This document shows positions 38,016 to 45,894 of a DNA stretch of 64,000 nucleotides, piece by piece. Positions within the stretch are counted from its first letter, which is position 1. Every line of letters starts with the position of its first letter. This DNA comes from Patescibacteria group bacterium (GTDB lineage: Bacteria > Patescibacteriota > Patescibacteriia > UBA9934 > GWF2-40-263). Both the position numbers and the translations under genes were made by a program. The stretch spans positions 2,823 to 66,822 of the forward strand of contig JBBTRQ010000001.1 in the NCBI GenBank assembly GCA_038065075.1, read 5' to 3'. The notes under the pieces are model-generated. The model was not told the origin of the DNA. It was given only the letters and a program-made list of their open reading frames with translations, and did no database searches.

Positions 38016-38351
38016 TGCGGGGACCGGATTTGAACCGGTGACCTCTTGGTTATGCTTACCACTACAGTTTTCACTGCCTCTGAATTTCATCAGAGTTTGT
38101 AGTCTGGACTTTCCCTTGTCCGTCTTCATTGTGAAGGACGGACCCTACCATCAAGTCTCTACACTTTCCTCTCTTATGTAAGAAAGGCTTAGCTCGGGAT
38201 TACCACCATAGGAGGCTTCCCCGAATTTGATAGGATTCATCCGACCGTTTCTGGTCGGACAGCCCATTGCGATATCAGATGCCATCTACGTTGGTTTCGT
38301 TGCATCCGATCGAATCGAGCCAAGCGAGCTGCCAGGCTGCTCTACCCCGCG
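38012..38351 (-). tRNA. initiator tRNA-fMet (CAT) interrupted in the anticodon loop (after U33) by a 263-nt intron; exons 38318-38351 (34 nt) and 38012-38054 (43 nt incl. CCA)
   Basis: Exons concatenate to CGCGGGGTAGAGCAGCCTGGCAGCTCGCTTGGCT|CATAACCAAGAGGTCACCGGTTCAAATCCGGTCCCCGCAACCA, near-identical to E. coli tRNA-fMet; C1:A72 mismatch and A11:U24 initiator identity elements. Confidence 0.75.
38055..38317 (-). ncRNA. group I-like self-splicing intron (no ORF) within tRNA-fMet
   Basis: 5' exon ends in U, intron ends in G; P/Q/R-like elements (AAATTCGGGGAAGCC, AATCCCGAGC, GTCCAGACTACAAAC); P9-like hairpin ACTACAAACTCTGATGAAATTCAGAGG..CTGTAGTGG. Confidence 0.6.
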
Positions 38352-38411
38352 AGCGCTAGGATAGAGGAGTTTGTCGGATGAGTCAAGAAAATGCTACACT
38401 TCTAGTACGTT

Positions 38412-38876
38412 ATGACTCTCACGACCCACGCGACCCTTGGGGCAGTCATTGGACACGCAACAGGTAGCCCGTTGCTTGCTTTTATTTTCGGGTTCATTTC
38501 ACATTTCTTGATCGACATGATCCCCCACGGAGATACGGGAATTGCGGACAACTACAAAATCCACAAACGCCGACGCAAGCAGGCCTTGGCCTATGTGATG
38601 GTTGATGCGGTCTTCGCGATCTTCTTCGTCCTGCTCTTGGCAAACACGCGCGATATCGAATCCATGCGGGCGTACTCGTGGGGGATCGCCGGAGGCGTCC
38701 TGCCAGATTTACTCGTCGGCATCTACGAGGTCACCAAGACTCGGCTTCTGCGCTGGTTCAACACGCTTCACTTTCTCTTCCACGACTACTTTGTTAAACG
38801 CAAAGGTGATGTGCCGCTCTACTACGCCATCATGGCGCAGATCGTCCTCATCGCGTACTTGCAAACGAAACTCTAA
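38412..38876 (+). CDS. membrane-bound metal-dependent hydrolase (DUF457/YdjM-like)
   Basis: SHFLIDMIPHGD motif, 3-4 TM. Confidence 0.5.
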   Translation: MTLTTHATLGAVIGHATGSPLLAFIFGFISHFLIDMIPHGDTGIADNYKIHKRRRKQALAYVMVDAVFAIFFVLLLANTRDIESMRAYSWGIAGGVLPDLLVGIYEVTKTRLLRWFNTLHFLFHDYFVKRKGDVPLYYAIMAQIVLIAYLQTKL

Positions 38877-38885
38877 ACACACATT

Positions 38886-39278
38886 ATGAAACTCTTTTCC
38901 CGACCGTCAACGACCGCCGAGTGGGTTCTGCGCATAGCGGTGGCTGGCGAATTTATCGGCCACGGCGCGTTTGCTCTGCAAGGCAAAGAAGGTTGGTTTA
39001 AATACTTCACGCCGTTTGGTATCACCGATGAACAGACGATGGTGAACATCCTGTTGGTCGTGGGGATCGTCGATCTCCTCTTGGCGATTCACGTCTTGTT
39101 GCGTCCGGTGCGAGCGCTCGTACTGTGGATGGCGATCTGGGGATTGTGGACGGCCCTCCTGCGCTGGCCGATCGGACCTGATCCGTTCTGGGACTTCGTC
39201 GAACGCTGGGCCAACTGGGGCGCACCACTTGCCTTGCTCCTCTTGATAGGCTGGCCAAAAAAAGGGAAAAACCGGTAA
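38886..39278 (+). CDS. hypothetical 4-TM membrane protein
   Basis: ORF track. Confidence 0.4.
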   Translation: MKLFSRPSTTAEWVLRIAVAGEFIGHGAFALQGKEGWFKYFTPFGITDEQTMVNILLVVGIVDLLLAIHVLLRPVRALVLWMAIWGLWTALLRWPIGPDPFWDFVERWANWGAPLALLLLIGWPKKGKNR

Positions 39279-39308
39279 ACATAAAAACAAAAAAGCTGAT
39301 CGGAGTGA

Positions 39309-40484
39309 TCAGCTTTTTGGTTGCTTCCCAACCTCCTCGAGTATCTTCATCGTCTCCCGCCCCGCGCGTTCCCAGCTAAACTCTGCGGCACGTTTAATCC
39401 CCAGCTCACGGATCTCGCGTACGCCCTCAGGGATAAGCAGACACTGCGTGAGCGCAAAGCTCATCGCTTCAACATCATCAGGATCCACATACACGGCCGC
39501 GTCGCCACCGACTTCTGGGAGCGCGCCGCGATTAGACGCGATCACCGGTGTGCCTACGGCCATCGCCTCCAACAAAGGCAAACCAAACCCTTCATCCCAG
39601 GAGGGATAGAAAAGACACGACGCTCTCGCAAGCAAATTCCACTTTTCTTCCTCGGTCACGGGCCCCAAAAACTGAATCACCCCATTTGGCTCAGCCTCAC
39701 GCCACGCGTGATTGACTGCCACCAGTTCCTCTTCGATCTCTCGCGTATGCCAGCCTTTTTTCCCCGCGACGATAAAGCGCACCAAACCCGCTTGCTCCGG
39801 TCGACCCTCCAAAAATGCATGAAACGCGCGCAAGGCATGGAGCAAATTCTTCCGCGGCTCGATCGTGCCCAAGAACAACACGAAGTCACGGTCGAACGGG
39901 AAACGCGTGCTCGCGTCCGCGCCCTTGAGCGCCTCGTAGGCTTCTGCTAGATCAACTCCTTCATGCACGACATGGACACGCCCAGCCGTCGTAGGAAGAC
40001 GCTCATGGATTTTTTGCTGTGTCGCGCTCGAGACCGCGATCAACTGTGTCGCGTGTTCAAGACTCCGAGGAACAACGACGCGTGTGGAAAAGCTCTGCTC
40101 CGATGGAAACCATTCTGGGTGTTCGTAGATCGCCAGGTCGTGCACGGTCACCACGCTCTTCCCTCGCCACCCTAATGGCAGTTGACCAAACGGCGAGAAC
40201 AGGACGTCGGGACGGTACAGCCAAAAGCGCAGAGGAAGAATCGCGTGCCGCGACACAAAAGACAATTTGGGTCCCCAAGATGGAAGGAGCTTCACGCGAG
40301 CCTCCGTGTGCAAAAGCTCCTGACGACGGACACGACTCATGGCTGGCGGCGTCGAAATAAAAAACTCGTGCGACGAACCGGATCGCAGGAGGGCCATTGC
40401 GATCGACCAGGAGTAATGCTCGATGCCGGCGCCGCGCGAGCCATCCGGCGCGCACAGGGTTGTTCCGTCGATGGCGATTCTCAT
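39309..40484 (-). CDS. glycosyltransferase family 4 (GT1-fold, GT-B)
   Basis: FLGTIEPRKN, E..G..L.EAMA.G.PVIAS. Confidence 0.8.
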   Translation of the reverse strand: MRIAIDGTTLCAPDGSRGAGIEHYSWSIAMALLRSGSSHEFFISTPPAMSRVRRQELLHTEARVKLLPSWGPKLSFVSRHAILPLRFWLYRPDVLFSPFGQLPLGWRGKSVVTVHDLAIYEHPEWFPSEQSFSTRVVVPRSLEHATQLIAVSSATQQKIHERLPTTAGRVHVVHEGVDLAEAYEALKGADASTRFPFDRDFVLFLGTIEPRKNLLHALRAFHAFLEGRPEQAGLVRFIVAGKKGWHTREIEEELVAVNHAWREAEPNGVIQFLGPVTEEEKWNLLARASCLFYPSWDEGFGLPLLEAMAVGTPVIASNRGALPEVGGDAAVYVDPDDVEAMSFALTQCLLIPEGVREIRELGIKRAAEFSWERAGRETMKILEEVGKQPKS

Positions 40485-40993
40485 AGGAGTTGGATGCCGG
40501 AAAACACTCCCAGGCTCACCCCCAAGACTGCGAGTCCGGAAATGAACACACCGGCAATAATCGATGGGACAGCAAGACGCGCGTCAATCTTTAAGAGCAC
40601 TCCCAACAGGCTTGCGCCCCACGCCCCGGTTCCGATCCCTGGGATCACGACGAAAAAGAAAAGAAAGAACGCGCCCCACTTCGAGTAACTCTCGCCGTAG
40701 CGTGTTCTCATGTTTTCAAACCAAGAAACGAGCCAACGATCGATCCAGCGTACATGACGACGCAAAAACTCGAGGCACGCGGGCAGAATCCAAAACAAGA
40801 TGAAAACAGGAAGGCTGTTACCGATGAACGTGTAGATAAATGTCGGGGTCGCGGCCAGATCAAAAACAAACAGCGCCACCGGAATCGCAACACGAGACTC
40901 CGCCACGGGTACGCTCGCCAACAACAGACTCGCGAGCTCGGGCGGAATGCCTGAAAGGGCGTTCACGAGTACATCGATCATAGGGTGTCCCAA
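40481..40993 (-). CDS. small multi-TM membrane protein (possibly small multidrug export-like)
   Basis: ORF track. Confidence 0.4.
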   Translation of the reverse strand: MGHPMIDVLVNALSGIPPELASLLLASVPVAESRVAIPVALFVFDLAATPTFIYTFIGNSLPVFILFWILPACLEFLRRHVRWIDRWLVSWFENMRTRYGESYSKWGAFFLFFFVVIPGIGTGAWGASLLGVLLKIDARLAVPSIIAGVFISGLAVLGVSLGVFSGIQLL

Positions 40994-41955
40994 CCAAAGG
41001 TTTTATACGCCCAGACCGCCAACGACTTCACATCTTGAAAGCGGCCTTCTTTTGTTTCAGCCCCCAGCACGATGACGATAATCTCCCCGCCCTGCTCGTG
41101 CGAGAACATCGTCCCCAGCCCATACCCAGCCTCGGGAAGATACCCGGTCTTACCGCCAAGAATATCGTAGGGAGACTGATCGACGAATGTGCCAAGCAAC
41201 TCGTCCGTGGACTCGATCATGTACGTCCGTCCAGAACTTCCTGTCATCGTGACGCGGGACTGTTGCGTGATCTGCGCAATGGTCTCGTCGCTTAAGATCT
41301 TGTCGAACATGATCGCAAGATCACTCACGACGGAAACATTCTTAGATGAAAGACCTGTCGTATCATCAAACGTCGTGCCCTGCATCCCGAACTCCGCGGC
41401 CGCCTCGTTCATCGAAGCAACAAAGTCGCCATGCGTCATGCCGCTCAAGCGCGCCAGCGCGGCCGTGGAGCTGTTATCACTCCCCACGAGACTCGCCTGC
41501 AAGAGATCACGCACCGTCACCGTCTCCCCAATCGCCAAGTGGAACTGAGCGCCATAACGGATATCCTCTGAGGTTAGCGTTGCGGGAGCGTTGAGGTCGG
41601 GGTTCCCTTGCAAGAACACATAGGCCGTCATGAGCTTCGTGATGGAACCAATCGCTCGCGGCGCGTTTACATTTTTTTCAAACAACACTTCCTTGGAGGC
41701 ACGATCAACGACGATCGCGCTTTGCGCGCTTGTCACGACTCCCATGCTCGCGCTCACCAACTTCACCGGCGCGAGAGACCGATCCGGCGCTTGAGGAAGG
41801 CGATGCGAAATAACGTCGTACGCCTCAAACAGATCAAACGCCCGTGAGGGCGCCTCTGGAAGCACCGCGCGCGTCTGCAGTTCTCCGGCGTCCGCGGGAA
41901 AAAACTGCAGGACGGTCGAGGCAAGGATGAGTTGTGTGAAGAGCTTCACGATCAT
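40978..41955 (-). CDS. D-alanyl-D-alanine carboxypeptidase (serine peptidase S11, PBP5/6-like)
   Basis: SITKLMT (SxxK), SGD, KTG-like motifs. Confidence 0.8.
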   Translation of the reverse strand: MIVKLFTQLILASTVLQFFPADAGELQTRAVLPEAPSRAFDLFEAYDVISHRLPQAPDRSLAPVKLVSASMGVVTSAQSAIVVDRASKEVLFEKNVNAPRAIGSITKLMTAYVFLQGNPDLNAPATLTSEDIRYGAQFHLAIGETVTVRDLLQASLVGSDNSSTAALARLSGMTHGDFVASMNEAAAEFGMQGTTFDDTTGLSSKNVSVVSDLAIMFDKILSDETIAQITQQSRVTMTGSSGRTYMIESTDELLGTFVDQSPYDILGGKTGYLPEAGYGLGTMFSHEQGGEIIVIVLGAETKEGRFQDVKSLAVWAYKTFGWDTL

Positions 41956-42503
41956 ATCTCCTGCGTGTCAGGCTCGCGGCTCAGGAGTTCCGTGACTTTT
42001 TCGTTTGTGCGGAAGGCTTCGTAGTCTGGGAGGGCATCAAGACGGTTCACGCCGATCGCCTGGAGGAACTCGTGGCTGACGCTGTAGACCGGCTGAAGAC
42101 GCTCCTTGTCCTGCTCCTCGAGGATGAAGCCACGGATAAGCAGGTTGCGCAGGATCAGCGAGCAATTCACGCCACGGATCATTTCGATCTCTGGCTTGGT
42201 GATGGGACCACGGTACGCGATGATCGTGAGCGTCTCGAGGCTCGGCCGCGTGAGGGGTCCCGAGGCTTCCTTCTTGAGAAACTTCGCCACTGCCTCCCCC
42301 ACTCCGGCATTGGAGACAAATTGCACGGCGCCGTTTTGTTCCATTAGGTGAATCCCCGACGCTTCAACGTTAAACCGTGCGGCGATATCATCGACGGCTT
42401 CACGGATGACTTCTTCTGAGACGTCCAGATATTTGCGCAAGTCGGAAAGTTTGATCGGCTTTGCCGCGGCAAAAAGCACCGCTTCAATCGTTGTCGTCAC
42501 CAT
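41952..42503 (-). CDS. scpB: segregation and condensation protein B
   Basis: IEAVLFAA..P, two wHTH. Confidence 0.85.
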   Translation of the reverse strand: MVTTTIEAVLFAAAKPIKLSDLRKYLDVSEEVIREAVDDIAARFNVEASGIHLMEQNGAVQFVSNAGVGEAVAKFLKKEASGPLTRPSLETLTIIAYRGPITKPEIEMIRGVNCSLILRNLLIRGFILEEQDKERLQPVYSVSHEFLQAIGVNRLDALPDYEAFRTNEKVTELLSREPDTQEI

Positions 42504-42505
42504 AG

Positions 42506-43225
42506 CTAATCCACACGTGTTATTTCGATTTCATCAAATACTCCCGACTGCACCACCTGTACCGCCCGTTGTTTCACCAGCTCGAGGAGTGCAAGGAAAC
42601 TCACGACCACATCTACTTTCGATTTTCCCGCTTGTGCAATCTGCCGGAAGGTCATCTTGGTGCGCGAGAGGATCGCGTCATGGATTTCACGCAAGCGTTC
42701 CTTCACGGAGATCACTCGCTCCAGCGCCGCGGTCTGAAGTCTGAAGAACGGCTCCAGACGTTTGAGCAGTCCCGCGAAGGCGTCATGTAAATCGTTCTTG
42801 GAAAGATTCGTCACGACCTCGGCGAGTTCAAGCCGCACGATGTCCGGTGTCGCTCGCGCAAGCGACCAAGCCCCACTGTCGAATCGCTCCTCGAGAGTAC
42901 GTGAGGCGTCGACGAATTCTTTGTAGAGTCGGAGCTGGAGCGCGAGGGTCGATGGATCTTCTTCTGGTTCTACTTCGATGGGCAGGATGGCCTGAGATTT
43001 GAGAAGCAACAATTTCGTCGCCACCACCAGAAAATCCGCAAGCTCCTCCGCAGGGACGTCCTGGCTGTTCATGTACTCGAGATACTTCTCGGTCACAGCC
43101 CCAAGCGACACTTCCGTAATCGGGAGATGAGAGGCCTGAATCAACTCCAAAAGCACATGCAGTGGACCATCAAATGTTTCCAGTTTTACCTCAAAGGCCA
43201 TACGTCTATCTATTGTATCAAACAA
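42506..43225 (-). CDS. scpA: segregation and condensation protein A
   Basis: F.V.L..F.GPL.LLL.LI. Confidence 0.8.
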   Translation of the reverse strand: MFDTIDRRMAFEVKLETFDGPLHVLLELIQASHLPITEVSLGAVTEKYLEYMNSQDVPAEELADFLVVATKLLLLKSQAILPIEVEPEEDPSTLALQLRLYKEFVDASRTLEERFDSGAWSLARATPDIVRLELAEVVTNLSKNDLHDAFAGLLKRLEPFFRLQTAALERVISVKERLREIHDAILSRTKMTFRQIAQAGKSKVDVVVSFLALLELVKQRAVQVVQSGVFDEIEITRVD

Positions 43226-43288
43226 ATAGAAAAATAAATGTGGCGCCCCTAAAGGGGCTGTGAAAATTTCATAGGGCCTTTAGGCCCG

Positions 43289-44599
43289 TTACGGTCGTAG
43301 CCGCTGGACATCGCGAGGGAAAATCGTTGCCTCCTTGATGTTCTCCAGACCCAGAATGTTTTGTGTGAGACGTTGCAGGCCCAGTCCCCATCCGCCTTCC
43401 GGAGGAATCCCATACTTGTGCATCATGAGGTAGTCCTCAAACTGAGCGGGGTCGAGACCCTTGTCCTTGATCGCCTGAAGCTGGTCGTCATATTTGTTCA
43501 CGCGCATGCCGCCAGAAATAATCTCGCTGCCAAACCCGATGAGGTCAAAGGTGATCGTGTTGGTCGGATCATTTGGATCGCGAAGCGCGTAGAACGGACG
43601 CTTGCTTGTCGGATAATCGGTGACGATAACAAAGCCACAGTTGTGGTGCTTGGGTCCCCACTCGCGCGAAATCCATTTCTCGGCGCCCGGCGAAAGGTCG
43701 GGCTCGCTGGTTTCATCGACTCCCGTTTCGTCTTTGTATGCTTTGAGCGCGTCCTTAAGTTTGATGCGTGGGAATCGATCTCCCAGCGGTGGAAGCGTTA
43801 CGCCCAGGAGCTCGAGCTCCGACTTACACTCTTCTTCGACGGCCTTGAGCATCTGACGAATCGCGGCCTCGGAGTAAGCAAGCACCTCGTCAAAATCCAC
43901 GAATCCTACCTCGAACTCCAACTGGTTGAACTCCGTGAGGTGACGCGAGGTGGCAAACTTCTCGGCGCGGAAGGAATACGAGACACCATACACACCCTCG
44001 TACACTCCCATCGTAATTTGTTTGTAGAGCTGGGCGGATTGCGTGAGCGTTGCCTCGCGACCGTAATACTCGACACGGAAAAATTCCGCGCCACCTTCGG
44101 AAGCCGCGCCGGCAAGCACGGGGAAGAAAATCTCGGTGAAGCCTTGAGACTCCATGTACTGACGGAAGCCATGCACGATCGCCGCTTGTACGCGAAAGAT
44201 CGCGCGCTGTTTGGGATTGCGCAGGGTGATCACGCGGTTATCCAGAAGCGTGTCGAGTTGAACGTCGACGTCGTCTTTGTTGATCTCGACAGGAACCACG
44301 TCACGCACGGGCGAAAGAACCTCGACCGTTGTCGCCTGGATCTCGACCTCATTCGCGTTTGGATCCTTCGATTGTTTCTTGACGACAGAGCCAGTCACTT
44401 TCAAAACGGTCTCGACCTGGAGGCCTCTGAGACTCTCGAGTTGCTCAGCGCTCAGCACCACTTGTACGAGGCCGGTTCGATCGCGCAAAATCGCGAATCC
44501 GAACTTGGCCATGTCGCGTAGACGATGAAGCCATCCGGCCACGACCACCGTCTCGCCCATTTTTTCTTGTAAGTCACGAACCAATATTCTGTGTTGCAT
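43289..44599 (-). CDS. aspS: aspartate--tRNA ligase, archaeal/eukaryal type (436 aa; likely non-discriminating)
   Basis: QSAQLYKQ motif 2 region, ..FPRDVQRLRP C-terminus typical of archaeal-type AspRS. Confidence 0.8.
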   Translation of the reverse strand: MQHRILVRDLQEKMGETVVVAGWLHRLRDMAKFGFAILRDRTGLVQVVLSAEQLESLRGLQVETVLKVTGSVVKKQSKDPNANEVEIQATTVEVLSPVRDVVPVEINKDDVDVQLDTLLDNRVITLRNPKQRAIFRVQAAIVHGFRQYMESQGFTEIFFPVLAGAASEGGAEFFRVEYYGREATLTQSAQLYKQITMGVYEGVYGVSYSFRAEKFATSRHLTEFNQLEFEVGFVDFDEVLAYSEAAIRQMLKAVEEECKSELELLGVTLPPLGDRFPRIKLKDALKAYKDETGVDETSEPDLSPGAEKWISREWGPKHHNCGFVIVTDYPTSKRPFYALRDPNDPTNTITFDLIGFGSEIISGGMRVNKYDDQLQAIKDKGLDPAQFEDYLMMHKYGIPPEGGWGLGLQRLTQNILGLENIKEATIFPRDVQRLRP

Positions 44600-44612
44600 A
44601 CGCTTTTTAAAT

Positions 44613-45212
44613 TCACTCTACTGGGTAAGGCTGACCGATGAATAAGGTAACCGACTCTGTATCTCCACTGACGGTAAAATAGAAGGTCCCATACTCGCTC
44701 GTTATCGGACTCAAATCAAACTTGAGTGTTTGGGGGCCGATGCCCGCTTCACAAAAATCGTCGTTGGCGTCATGGATCAGTCGAACTCCCGTTTGAGGAG
44801 GAGCCGATTCGGCCCAAAGGCCGTTCCAGTACATGGTGAACTCATGTTCCTGACATCCTCCGCTATATCCTACATTCACGAAAAGCGTGTTCCCTTCGAC
44901 CCAGACAGACTGACCGGTTTCTTCATCGACCATAAAACCAAACGAGTCCATGTGCGAGGGGAGGTCTTCCGTTACGACAACGATTGGCAAAATGGCTGAT
45001 GGTGTTGGTGTATCAACTATCGGCTCGATCGGCACATCTTGACCTGACGGTTCCTCGACGGGCTCATCGACAGCGTTAGCGGGCACAGTGAAATCATCGA
45101 CGACCTCAACCGGCGCCGTCGCGTCCTCAACAGTCTTCCCCCAATACAACGCGGCCATGCCGCCGATGAGGATGATAACGGCGAGGAACAGAAGAGTTTG
45201 AAAGACTTTCAT
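44613..45212 (-). CDS. secreted hypothetical protein
   Basis: Signal peptide, Pro/Glu/Val-rich linker. Confidence 0.45.
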   Translation of the reverse strand: MKVFQTLLFLAVIILIGGMAALYWGKTVEDATAPVEVVDDFTVPANAVDEPVEEPSGQDVPIEPIVDTPTPSAILPIVVVTEDLPSHMDSFGFMVDEETGQSVWVEGNTLFVNVGYSGGCQEHEFTMYWNGLWAESAPPQTGVRLIHDANDDFCEAGIGPQTLKFDLSPITSEYGTFYFTVSGDTESVTLFIGQPYPVE

Positions 45213-45634
45213 AAATTTTTGATGGAAGAAATAGGAATGATCTTTATCGTTTCGCCTGCGCGAGCAATGATCTCTTTGTCCAAGGTGACCAAGGGAAGTT
45301 GAAACTCTACGGCTGTTCCAACGACAATCGCATCCATACCAGCAAGTTTGAGATCTGCGGTTGCATCCAAATATTGAAGGGTTCGGAACGTCGTCAGGTC
45401 TATGAGGCTCAAACCTGAAAATGAAACAAGGCGCATTCCAACGCGCCTTGCCAAACCGGCATCAGATGTTCGACGACTGACAGCGGCAACAACTTCCAAC
45501 AACACCGTAGTCGGAATGACCGCGCTCACCTCACCTGTCTCAATCTTCTCTATAAGGTCAAGGCAGGCCTCAGAATATTTCTCCTGCTCTCGAAACGCAG
45601 CCACAAAAATAGAGCTGTCAACAACCAGTTGCAT
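45209..45634 (-). CDS. vapC: PIN-domain ribonuclease (VapC-like toxin)
   Basis: MQLVVDSSIFVA.. D-x4-S, conserved acidic residues. Confidence 0.75.
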   Translation of the reverse strand: MQLVVDSSIFVAAFREQEKYSEACLDLIEKIETGEVSAVIPTTVLLEVVAAVSRRTSDAGLARRVGMRLVSFSGLSLIDLTTFRTLQYLDATADLKLAGMDAIVVGTAVEFQLPLVTLDKEIIARAGETIKIIPISSIKNL

Positions 45635-45637
45635 ACG

Positions 45638-45796
45638 TTAGGCGTTTCTCTTTCGTTGAGAACGAATCTCGGTTACAGCCGATGCTCCCTTCCAGGCACG
45701 ACTCACTGCCCGACGAAGCGCTTGTAGGCTTTCTTCAGGCTTTTTCAAAGCCTTTTTCTCACGAGGAACGACTCTATAAGCCGTGGAAGTTTTCAT
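45638..45796 (-). CDS. small (52 aa) putative VapB-like antitoxin, not in the ORF track (<60 aa)
   Basis: Manual translation MKTSTAYRVVPREKKALKKPEESLQALRRAVSRAWKGASAVTEIRSQRKRNA; stop lies 4 nt before the vapC start. Confidence 0.45.
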   Translation of the reverse strand: MKTSTAYRVVPREKKALKKPEESLQALRRAVSRAWKGASAVTEIRSQRKRNA

Positions 45797-45894
45797 ACGA
45801 GCATTCGCGTTGATAATATTACCTTCATGCTATAATAATTCGATCCATACGAAAAGGGATCCGAACGGCTAACTACCTAAGGAACCCTTTTCTT

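Noticed and set aside
38012-38351. Looked like a tmRNA (ssrA): tRNA-like 3' end with CCA, about 340 nt
   Set aside because: The 5' and 3' ends join into a complete canonical initiator tRNA-fMet with an intact anticodon arm, and no tmRNA tag-peptide ORF or pseudoknot pattern is evident. An intron-containing tRNA explains it better.
45797-45894. Apparent sigma70 promoter TTGATA-15-TATAAT on the + strand between the vapB-like ORF and asnS
   Set aside because: Both flanking genes are on the minus strand and the spacer is 15 nt; no + strand gene follows, so it is likely fortuitous AT-rich sequence.
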